A DNA stretch of 64,000 bases, taken from NCBI GenBank assembly GCA_964654185.1, contig CAZZIE010000006.1:2556-66555 (forward strand), written 5' to 3'. Below the pieces are notes generated by a model that saw only the letters and a list, made by a program, of their open reading frames with translations, made no database searches and was not told where the DNA came from. This document shows, piece by piece, positions 46,158 through 54,054 of the stretch. Made by a program: the position numbers and the translations under genes. Source of the DNA: an uncultured Spirochaetaceae bacterium (GTDB taxonomy: Bacteria > Spirochaetota > Spirochaetia > DSM-27196 > PWMO01). The stretch's first letter is position 1; each line of letters opens with the position of its first letter.

Positions 46158-47104
46158 ACGTGCAAGAGGCGATCATTCGAGCGTTGCAGGAGGTGCGCAC
46201 ACCGCTGTGGGACACGGTGTTCGTCCTGGCAACGGGTCTGGGCGAGGAGGCGTTCATTATTGCCGTGAGTACGCTGATCTACTGGAACGTCTCCAAGCGC
46301 AGCGGCTACACCGTGGCCCTGGCGTATCTCGGTTCGATCGCCCTGAACGACGTGCTCAAACTGATCTTCCAGTCTCCCCGCCCGCACGAGGTTCTTGCGG
46401 GAGTTGCTGTGCGCCGACTGACGGGATCAGAGGGCTTTGCCTTTCCCGGCGTGCACACCCAGGGGGCCACGACGCTCTTCATTACCCTGGCGCTGCTGTT
46501 CCGGCGCAACCTCGTCTACCTGGCAACCGCTGCGGCGGTAGCCATGGTAGGGATCTCCCGGATCTACCTGGGCGCGCAGTGGCCGGTTGATGTGCTTGCC
46601 GGCTGGGTGCTGGGAGCACTGACGGCCTTTCTCGTGTACCGCCTGACCTGGCCGCGCAGACCGCGTCTGGCCGGAACCTCACGGACCTACGGGCCGCTTC
46701 GCACCGTGGTGACCATTGGAATTGCCAACGCCCTCGTCCTGGCCGTCGGGATCGGTATTCTCGCGCGCCTGGACCCCGCAGTGCTTGCCTCCGCTGCAAT
46801 GGCGCGGATCGCCGGCGCGGCCATCGGGGTGCTCCTTGGGTTCCTGCTTGAAGACACCCTGGTCCAGTTCCGGTGCGAGGCGGCCCCTGCCGCCAGACTC
46901 ATCCGCTACGTAGTGGGACTTGCAACAACCGCCGCGCTCCTGATCGGCGTGCAAGCACTCATTGACGCGACCATCCCCCGCGACACCACCCGGTACGCCG
47001 CGCAGTTTCTCCAGTACGGACTGGTGGGCCTCTGGATCACCGGCCTCTACCCGCTCATAGGGAAGCAGCTTGGGCTCTTCGAGCCGATGCTGCCGGCCGA
47101 GTGA
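46154..47104 (+). CDS. PAP2-superfamily membrane protein with a variant C3 motif
   Basis: KX6RP (KLIFQSPRP), PGVH and SRIYLGAQWPVD (Gln in place of the C3 His, codon 46577-46579). GTGA overlap with the upstream stop. Confidence 0.8.
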   Translation: MNVQEAIIRALQEVRTPLWDTVFVLATGLGEEAFIIAVSTLIYWNVSKRSGYTVALAYLGSIALNDVLKLIFQSPRPHEVLAGVAVRRLTGSEGFAFPGVHTQGATTLFITLALLFRRNLVYLATAAAVAMVGISRIYLGAQWPVDVLAGWVLGALTAFLVYRLTWPRRPRLAGTSRTYGPLRTVVTIGIANALVLAVGIGILARLDPAVLASAAMARIAGAAIGVLLGFLLEDTLVQFRCEAAPAARLIRYVVGLATTAALLIGVQALIDATIPRDTTRYAAQFLQYGLVGLWITGLYPLIGKQLGLFEPMLPAE

Positions 47105-47186
47105 CCCGGAGGTCCCCACGCCCCCGCGGCGGGCCCCTGACGGCTGCGGGCGGGCCCCGCGGCGCGGCGCGCCCATTCGGGCGCGG

Positions 47187-48482
47187 CTACTCCGGGCGCG
47201 GGGCGGCGGTCCGGCGGATCCGGGCGCCCAGGGTGGTGAGACGCTCGGTCAGGTCCTCGTAGCCGCGCTCGATCTGATAGACGTTCTGGATGGTGCTCTC
47301 CCCCTCGGCGCACATGGCGGCAATGACCATTGCCATACCGGCGCGCACATCCGGGGAGACCAGATCCGAGCCGCTCAGCCGGGCGGGCCCGCTGACCACG
47401 GCGCGGTGCGGGTCGCACAGAACGATGCGCGCCCCCATCCCGATCAGCTTGTCCACGAAGAACATCCGCGACTCGAAGAGCTTCTCGTGAATGAGGATGG
47501 TCCCCTCGACCTGCGTGGCCACCACGAGCATGATGCTGATGAGGTCGGGGGGAAAGCCCGGCCAGGGGGCGTCATCGATCTTGGGGATCATACCCCCGAG
47601 ATCCGGCACGACCCGGAGCATCTGCCGGGATGGAACGTGGATCGTCTCGCCGTCGCGCTCCCAGTGGATGCCGAGCTTGTTGAAGGCGATCTTCGCCATC
47701 TTCAGGTTGTCCGGCCCGGCGTCGCGGATGGTCACCTCCCCGCGGGTGACCGCGGCAAGACCGATGAAGGAGCCCACCTCCATGAAGTCGGGACCAATCC
47801 GGAACTCCGTTCCGTGAAGCGCCCGGCCGCCGTCGATCGTCAGGATATTGGAGCCGATGCCTTCGATCCCGGCGCCCATGGAGACGAGCATCCGGCAGAG
47901 ATCCTGGATGTGCGGCTCCGATGCGGCGTTCTCGATGACCGTTCGACCCTCCGCCATGACCGCCGCCATGATGGCGTTCTCCGTGGCGGTAACGGAGGCC
48001 TCGTCGAGGAAGATGTTCGCGCCCTTGAGCTTGTTGGCGCTCAGGGTGAACATGCCGTCGGTCTCCACCCGTGCGCCGAGAGCCGCGAAGGCGAGGAAGT
48101 GCGTGTCCAGGCGGCGACGGCCGATCACATCGCCGCCGGGGGGCGGAAGGATGACCGTTCCGACCCGCCCGAGGAGGGGACCCGCAAAGAGGATGGAGGC
48201 GCGAATCTGCTTCGCCATCTCGAAGGGGATCTGCCCCGAGCGGATATCCGTTGTGCGAACGCGATAGCTTCCGCGGGTCTCGCCGCGCTCCACCGTCGAT
48301 CCGAGCTCCCGGAGGATCGAGAGCATGACGTGAACATCCTCGATCTCCGGCACGTTGGTGAGGGTCACCTCGTCGGTGGTGAGCAGCGTCGCGGCAATGC
48401 ACGGCAGCGCCGCATTCTTGTTACCGCTCGCAGTAATCTCTCCCTTCACCGGGAAGCTGCCCTCAACGATGTACTGATCCAA
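47187..48482 (-). CDS. murA: UDP-N-acetylglucosamine 1-carboxyvinyltransferase (Asp-type active site)
   Basis: Full-length MurA pattern with KNAALP near the N-terminus. TTG start with a GGAGGAG SD. The position equivalent to E. coli Cys115 reads PPPGGDVIGRR (Asp codon 48129-48131). Confidence 0.93.
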   Translation of the reverse strand: MDQYIVEGSFPVKGEITASGNKNAALPCIAATLLTTDEVTLTNVPEIEDVHVMLSILRELGSTVERGETRGSYRVRTTDIRSGQIPFEMAKQIRASILFAGPLLGRVGTVILPPPGGDVIGRRRLDTHFLAFAALGARVETDGMFTLSANKLKGANIFLDEASVTATENAIMAAVMAEGRTVIENAASEPHIQDLCRMLVSMGAGIEGIGSNILTIDGGRALHGTEFRIGPDFMEVGSFIGLAAVTRGEVTIRDAGPDNLKMAKIAFNKLGIHWERDGETIHVPSRQMLRVVPDLGGMIPKIDDAPWPGFPPDLISIMLVVATQVEGTILIHEKLFESRMFFVDKLIGMGARIVLCDPHRAVVSGPARLSGSDLVSPDVRAGMAMVIAAMCAEGESTIQNVYQIERGYEDLTERLTTLGARIRRTAAPRPE

Positions 48483-48574
48483 TAGCTTCTCCTCCAGTTT
48501 TGTTACCCGCCGCCCCGGGGGCCGGCCCCGGGGACGACAGTCCGTGTCTGCACCGCCGCGCGGTCGCCCCGCCG

Positions 48575-49804
48575 CTACCGTTCCGCAGGAACGAAGTAGT
48601 ACTGCGGAGCATCAAAGGGGTTCTCCGCCATGGCCACCGTCGTCTCGAAGACGGCGCTCAGACCTCCACAGCACACCACCCGCACCGGTACCGTCACGGT
48701 CCCACCCGGAGAAGGAAAGGGATTCTCGAAGTAGCGAGGAAACTCCGCCCCTTCGATACCGCTGCGTGTGTCTGCGTCTCCCGACGGAGCGGTGAGCTCC
48801 GAGAAGGAGTCGATGGAGGCGGTGGCAGGGCGGAGCATCCGGTCAATCATTCCCAGGGGGGCAACCCCTTCGCGATCGAGCCGCTCCAGAACCCGGGGCG
48901 ACAGGGCGATCTCAGCAAAGCCCCGGAAGTCTCCGCTCCCGAGACGCCGGGCGGCACGCTTGAGAAAGGCGTTCAGGTTCCGCACGATGTTGGTTGTCCG
49001 GTGCTCCTCATAGGTACGGCCGTTCCATCGCAGCCAGGTCACGAAGGTCTCATACCCGGTGCCGTCTTCCAGGTGGCGTTCGGACCGGATGATATCCAGG
49101 ACGCCGTCATCATCGATATCCTCTACCTCCGACCCGAAGAGGGCGTCTTTCCGCAGGACCATGCGGGAGACTCGATCGCCCCCGCCGTGTACGATCCAGA
49201 CCAGCTTCTGCCCGGAGGCGTCGGCGAAGTCGAAGTAGAAGGCGACCGGGAGGGAATCGTCCTGGTTGAGCCGGCGCATCCCCACGTCCCGAAGCACCGC
49301 GCTCGTTCCCGCCTCGAGCTCCTCCAGGAGGGTCGCCCGGCCGGCGACGATCTCGAAGACCGCCACGGCGAATCGCGCCTCGAGCTCCTTCTCATTGACC
49401 GTTCGCGAGATATCCGAGAGCACCTCCAGCGATGAGGCATCATCTCCGCCGGAGACCGTGAAGAGACAGACTTCGGCTACGCCGTCACCGGTGAGATCGA
49501 CCTCAATGGAGATGGGCGCCCGGCCGGCGGCGCTCGTCACGGCGCGGCGGTCCGCCGGAAGCTCAGCCGCGAGGTCGCGCGGCCGGGGAGGGTCGATCCG
49601 ACGCTCCTCCGCAGGGGCCTCCCGGGACGAGGCCACCTGCGGGGGCTCACCATCCTCCGGAACGGAAGGCTCCTCGGGCTCGCCTCTTGCGAGGTGTGGT
49701 GCCGACTCCGGCGCAGTGGCGCAGGCTGCAAGAGCAACCACCAGAAGCGTCGCGACACCGGCAGCGACGAGGGCGGCGTGAATCGGACTGCGTTTTCGAC
49801 GCAT
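48575..49804 (-). CDS. Lipoprotein of unknown function with FG-GAP/VCBS-like Asp-rich loops
   Basis: Signal peptide plus lipobox (VVALAAC). DLTGDGVAEV and DIDDDGVLDI loops are present. Confidence 0.7.
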   Translation of the reverse strand: MRRKRSPIHAALVAAGVATLLVVALAACATAPESAPHLARGEPEEPSVPEDGEPPQVASSREAPAEERRIDPPRPRDLAAELPADRRAVTSAAGRAPISIEVDLTGDGVAEVCLFTVSGGDDASSLEVLSDISRTVNEKELEARFAVAVFEIVAGRATLLEELEAGTSAVLRDVGMRRLNQDDSLPVAFYFDFADASGQKLVWIVHGGGDRVSRMVLRKDALFGSEVEDIDDDGVLDIIRSERHLEDGTGYETFVTWLRWNGRTYEEHRTTNIVRNLNAFLKRAARRLGSGDFRGFAEIALSPRVLERLDREGVAPLGMIDRMLRPATASIDSFSELTAPSGDADTRSGIEGAEFPRYFENPFPSPGGTVTVPVRVVCCGGLSAVFETTVAMAENPFDAPQYYFVPAER

Positions 49805-49841
49805 GCGAGTATACTATCGCGGTCAGCCCGGATTCGTCACC

Positions 49842-49881
49842 GCAACCTCCGGCGGATCAGGTTGCATTTTCACGGTGTTTT
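49842..49881 (+). terminator. Terminator-like hairpin with a U-rich tail in the ask-thrC leader
   Basis: gcaacct-N10-aggttgc (7-bp perfect stem) followed by attttcacggtgtttt, about 80 nt upstream of the ask ATG. Confidence 0.35.
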
Positions 49882-49963
49882 GCCAACAATGCGGCGAGAA
49901 CGTACCAATCGGCATGCGCACCTCCACGCAGGGGTGTGCATATCCGTCCATATCGGAGTCGCA

Positions 49964-51367
49964 ATGAGCAACAGGCGAGTCATGAAGTTCGGGGGCACCT
50001 CGCTGCAGAATCCGGAGCGGATCGCCCGCGCCGCGGATATTGTCGCGGCGAGCCGGACCGACACCGGGCCGATCATCGTGCTGTCCGCCATGGGCGGGGT
50101 CACCAATACCCTCGACGACGCCGCAACCCGCGCCGCCGGGGGCGACTCTTCCTACGAGGAGCTCGTCGAGGAGGTGAAGCGCCGTCACATCGAAGCGGTG
50201 GAGCGCCTGGTCCCGGCGGATGAGAGAGAGCTTGCCACGATTCCGATCCTCAACCTCGTATCCGAACTCGGCGATATCCTGCGTGGAGTGGAGCTGGTAC
50301 GGGAGTGCTCGCTCCGGACGCGCGACCTGGTCCTGAGCTTCGGCGAGCGCATGAGCTGCCTCATCTTCGCAGGTTACCTGACCGCACAGGACACACCGGC
50401 GCGCGCCGTCGACGCGCGCACCGTGATCGTCAGTGACGACGCCCACGGCAACGCGGCGGTGGACTTCGAGGAGACCGCCGTCCGCCTGGAAAGGGCGCTT
50501 ACGGACCTGCCGGAGCTTCCGATCATCACCGGCTTCATTGCATCGACCCGGGAGGGCGTCACAACCACCCTGGGCCGCAACGGATCGGACTATACCGCCT
50601 CCATTGTGGCCGCAGTCATGCGGGCGGAGGTCATAGAGATCTGGACCGATGTTGACGGCGTGCTGAGCGCGGATCCGCGATACGTGCCGGAGGCCTTCGT
50701 CCTGGACGAGATCACCTTCCAGGAGGCCATGGAGCTCTCCTACTTCGGGGCGAAGGTAATCCACCCCTACACGATGATTCCCGCCGTTGAGCACGGTATT
50801 CCGGTGCGGATCCGCAACACCTTCAACCCGGACGGCCCCGGCACCTGGATCCGGGAGACCCGCGGGGAGAGCGGCCCGCGCATGGCGACGGGCATCGCGT
50901 CGGTGGAGAGCGTTGCCCTGATCAACATTGAGGGGGGCGGGATGGTCGGCCTGCCCGGCGTCGCCTCCAAGGTCTTCACGGCGCTCGCGCACGCCGGCGT
51001 TAACATCATTATGATCTCTCAGGCGAGCTCGGAGCACAGCATCTGCGTTGTGTGCCGGCAGGAGCAGGCATCCGCGGCGCTGGCGAGCCTGCGGGTCGAG
51101 CTGGCGTCGGAGCTGGCCAGCAAGAAGATCCAGCGCTTCGAGCTCCTGGAGGACCTCGAAATCGTGGCGGTCATCGGAGAACGCATGCGAGGCACCCCGG
51201 GAATCTCGGCGCGCGTCTTCGGCGCCCTTGGAAAGGAGCGCATCAACGTCCTGGCAATCGCCCAGGGATCTTCGGAAATGAACATCTCCTTCGTCGTGCA
51301 CGGCGCCGACCGGGAGCGCACCTTGCAGGTCGTGCACCGCGCCTTCTTCGAACCCGAGGCGTCATGA
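49964..51367 (+). CDS. ask: Aspartate kinase (with ACT domains)
   Basis: VMKFGGTSL near the N-terminus, SAMGGVTN, and a C-terminal ACT pair. The track ORF start at 49694 is an upstream extension. Confidence 0.92.
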   Translation: MSNRRVMKFGGTSLQNPERIARAADIVAASRTDTGPIIVLSAMGGVTNTLDDAATRAAGGDSSYEELVEEVKRRHIEAVERLVPADERELATIPILNLVSELGDILRGVELVRECSLRTRDLVLSFGERMSCLIFAGYLTAQDTPARAVDARTVIVSDDAHGNAAVDFEETAVRLERALTDLPELPIITGFIASTREGVTTTLGRNGSDYTASIVAAVMRAEVIEIWTDVDGVLSADPRYVPEAFVLDEITFQEAMELSYFGAKVIHPYTMIPAVEHGIPVRIRNTFNPDGPGTWIRETRGESGPRMATGIASVESVALINIEGGGMVGLPGVASKVFTALAHAGVNIIMISQASSEHSICVVCRQEQASAALASLRVELASELASKKIQRFELLEDLEIVAVIGERMRGTPGISARVFGALGKERINVLAIAQGSSEMNISFVVHGADRERTLQVVHRAFFEPEAS

Positions 51368-52683
51368 AGTTTCGCAGCACCCGCGATCCCGATCACATGG
51401 TCGGCTTCCTCGAGGCGGTAACCCGGGGGCTCGCCCCGGACGGCGGGCTCTATCAGCCGGTCGGCGAATTCAGCCTCAAACAGGCCATTCTGGACTGGTC
51501 CGGGGCGACCTCCTTCCAGGAGCTCGCGGTGAGGGCGGCGGACATTGTCCTGGCGGAGGACTTCTCCCGGGAAGAGATCGAGGAACTCGTCGTCGCGGCC
51601 TTCCCCTTCTCTCCCAGACTCCGGGAACTCACGTCCAACCTCTTCGTTCTGGAGCTCTTCCACGGCCCCTCCTGCGCCTTCAAGGACTTCGGCGCCTCCT
51701 TCCTGGCCAACGTCATGGAGAGGCGCCTGGCGCACCGGAACGAGCGCTCCATCATCCTGACCGCAACTTCCGGCGACACCGGGAGCGCCGTGGCGGAGGC
51801 GTTCTACGGCAAGCACAATGTCGACGTGGTGATCCTCTATCCCTCGGGGCGCGTGAGTCCCCTTCAGGAGATGCAGCTCACCGGCCGCGGCGGCAACGTC
51901 CACGCGCTTGAGGTACACGGTTCCTTCGACGACTGTCAGCGCCTGGTCAAGGAAGCCTTCCGGGACAATGAGGTCCGGTCCGCCCTCCCGGTCACCTCGG
52001 CCAACTCCATCAACGTCGGGCGGCTGCTCCCGCAGGCCTTCTACTACCTCTACGGATTCACGCAAATCAAGGAGCGCCACCCGGCCAAGCTCTTCTACAC
52101 CGTCCCGAGCGGCAACTTCGGCAACCTCACCGCCGGCGTCTTTGCCTGGAGCTGGGGCCTTCCGGTGACGAGCTTCGTCGCCGCCACCAACGTCAACGAC
52201 ACCGTCCCGCGCTACCTGCTTTCGGGGAATTATGAGCCGCGTCCCTCAGTCCGGACGCTCTCCAACGCCATGGACGTCGGCGACCCGAGCAACTTCGAAC
52301 GGCTTGAAGCGCTCTTCCCGACCGGCTGGAAGGCCATGAGCACGCTGATCCGGGGAGAGTCCGTCACCGACGAAGAGACCACCGACGCCATCCGACGCTG
52401 GCACGACCGGACCGCGGTGTTCCTGGATCCGCACACCGCCACCGGCGTCGTCGCGGCCGAGCGCCTCGGAGCGAGCAGCTTTGCCGACCTGGCAGTCAAC
52501 CTTGTTCTGGGAACGGCACATCCCGCCAAGTTCGGCGACATTGTGACGGAAGCTACCGGCACCGAGCCCCCCATGCCGCCGCAACTCGCCGCCGCCCTGG
52601 AGCGCACCAAGCACGCAACGGCGATCTCCAGTGACTACAAAGAGCTGCGGGCCTTTCTGATGGACACCTTCGGCCAGGAGTGA
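51364..52683 (+). CDS. thrC: Threonine synthase
   Basis: MKFRSTR..GLAPDGGLY and the PLP-lysine context GPSCAFKDFG. ATGA overlap with the ask stop. Confidence 0.92.
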   Translation: MKFRSTRDPDHMVGFLEAVTRGLAPDGGLYQPVGEFSLKQAILDWSGATSFQELAVRAADIVLAEDFSREEIEELVVAAFPFSPRLRELTSNLFVLELFHGPSCAFKDFGASFLANVMERRLAHRNERSIILTATSGDTGSAVAEAFYGKHNVDVVILYPSGRVSPLQEMQLTGRGGNVHALEVHGSFDDCQRLVKEAFRDNEVRSALPVTSANSINVGRLLPQAFYYLYGFTQIKERHPAKLFYTVPSGNFGNLTAGVFAWSWGLPVTSFVAATNVNDTVPRYLLSGNYEPRPSVRTLSNAMDVGDPSNFERLEALFPTGWKAMSTLIRGESVTDEETTDAIRRWHDRTAVFLDPHTATGVVAAERLGASSFADLAVNLVLGTAHPAKFGDIVTEATGTEPPMPPQLAAALERTKHATAISSDYKELRAFLMDTFGQE

Positions 52684-52758
52684 AGCGCCCGCTGCGCCGT
52701 CCTGGGGCTCTGCGCCGTCCGTGGGCCGTACGACGACCGTGGCCCCTGCGACGCGCCG

Positions 52759-53907
52759 CTATTCCACGTACAGCTTGAGCAGCTTCTTCCCATCGACATC
52801 CCGAAACGGATTTGACCGATTCTTCAGGAACGTTCGATAGGTCTTGCAGGCGCGGTAGTAGGGCTCCGGGCCGGTGAACGTCGCTGAGAGGTCGCAGCGG
52901 TAGACCTCCAGGAGCAGCGGGAAGAGCGGCGAGCCCATGACCGGTTCGACCCGGCGCGCCGGCAGCTTGTGGATGACACCGGGCACCATGTGATGGCGAA
53001 CCAACCAGGCGACGCGCTCGACGAAGTTCTCGTCGAAGCCGAGATCCCGGAGGAAGCGCCGCGCCGTCCGGGCGCCGATCTCCGCGTGGCCGTCAAAGGC
53101 GCGCTCACGGGTGCGCGGACTCTCGGGCTTGCCGACATCGTGCAAGAGCAGTGCCGCCGAGACGGTGAGGTCCACGCTCTTGCGATTGCTCAAGGCCTCG
53201 AGCGTGTGCTCCCAGACATCGCCTTCGGGATGGAAGTCCTTGGTGTGGTCGGTCGTTCCCATCTGGGCCAGCGGCGACCAGTAGCTTCCGACGAAGCCGA
53301 GATCATCCAGGAGATCGAGCCCCTTCTCGGCGCGCCGACCGGTGAGGACGTCGATCAGCAGCCGCTGCTGCTCCGCCTCGGAAACCTCGCCGGGGCGCCA
53401 CCGCGCCGAGCGTACAGGCATGTCCACATCGTAGCCGTAGCGCGCCGCCAACACCGCGGCGTCCATGGCCGTCGCGGCATCGTCGTGCCCCTCCGACGGC
53501 GCCACCCGCTGCCCCCGGAGCTGCTCATAGGCATCGTGCGGGTCGCGGTACTGATTCTCCCGCGGATCATAGGAGATCGAGAAGACTTCAAAGGGAGAGC
53601 GATGCCGAAGCCAGCCGCTCTCGACGCACCGGAAGAAGACCGTCGCATCCTCATCCCGCGCGACGGCGTCCCAGCGATCCAGCCCCGGAAAGAAGAGGCC
53701 GTCGATGGTCCTGGCCAGCTCCACCAGCTCCGCCTCGACGGCCACGTAGACGTTCGGTCCACGCGGGTGCCGGTGGTAACGATCCAGCGCCGAGGCGAGC
53801 TCGAGATGCCAGGAGAAACCGGACTGTTCGAGTGTGCGGAGGACGCCCATGTCGGATGAAGATAGCGTGGCTCCCGACCCAACGTCCAGGAACCTACTCA
53901 GAACCAT
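52759..53907 (-). CDS. HD-domain protein related to the CCA-adding/poly(A) polymerase family, apparently with a degenerate nucleotidyltransferase head
   Basis: HPEGDVWEHT..LLLHDVGKP is an HD domain. I could not find the GG..DxD head motifs in the N-terminal 200 aa. Confidence 0.7.
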   Translation of the reverse strand: MVLSRFLDVGSGATLSSSDMGVLRTLEQSGFSWHLELASALDRYHRHPRGPNVYVAVEAELVELARTIDGLFFPGLDRWDAVARDEDATVFFRCVESGWLRHRSPFEVFSISYDPRENQYRDPHDAYEQLRGQRVAPSEGHDDAATAMDAAVLAARYGYDVDMPVRSARWRPGEVSEAEQQRLLIDVLTGRRAEKGLDLLDDLGFVGSYWSPLAQMGTTDHTKDFHPEGDVWEHTLEALSNRKSVDLTVSAALLLHDVGKPESPRTRERAFDGHAEIGARTARRFLRDLGFDENFVERVAWLVRHHMVPGVIHKLPARRVEPVMGSPLFPLLLEVYRCDLSATFTGPEPYYRACKTYRTFLKNRSNPFRDVDGKKLLKLYVE

Positions 53908-54053
53908 GTTGATGCTGAGGCGACAACTTCCGTTGCGATCAGAGCTTACCGTGTTTTGTCAGCGAAAAGCGATTTCCCCTCTCCGGAGATGCACCAAATC
54001 ACCATGCCGTCATGATTTCCGCCAGGTGCCATCAACAGGGTTCTGAGTAGGTT
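53891..54053. repeat. 24-bp inverted repeat (1 mismatch) flanking a 115-bp spacer, filling the whole intergenic gap
   Basis: Arm 53891-53914 is aacctactcagaaccatgttgatg. The reverse complement of 54030-54053 is aacctactcagaaccctgttgatg. The left arm contains the HD-gene start codon (53905-53907). Confidence 0.9.
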
Positions 54054-54054
54054 A

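Noticed and set aside
49805-49963. Lysine riboswitch, T-box or leader-peptide attenuator in front of aspartate kinase.
   Set aside because: I could not recognise any conserved core of those elements. The only small ORF (54 codons from 49803) is not enriched in Thr/Ile/Lys/Met. Only the hairpin is reported, at low confidence.
53834-54046. 70-aa plus-strand ORF and 80-aa minus-strand ORF (53946-54188) spanning the inverted-repeat element.
   Set aside because: Both run across the repeat arms and into neighbouring genes, with noise-like composition. The inverted-repeat structure explains the region better.
53891-54053. Calling the inverted-repeat unit a mobile element (MITE).
   Set aside because: No target-site duplication is visible (flanks agg / att), and copy number cannot be assessed from one window. 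It is kept as a repeat feature with MITE as an alternative hypothesis.
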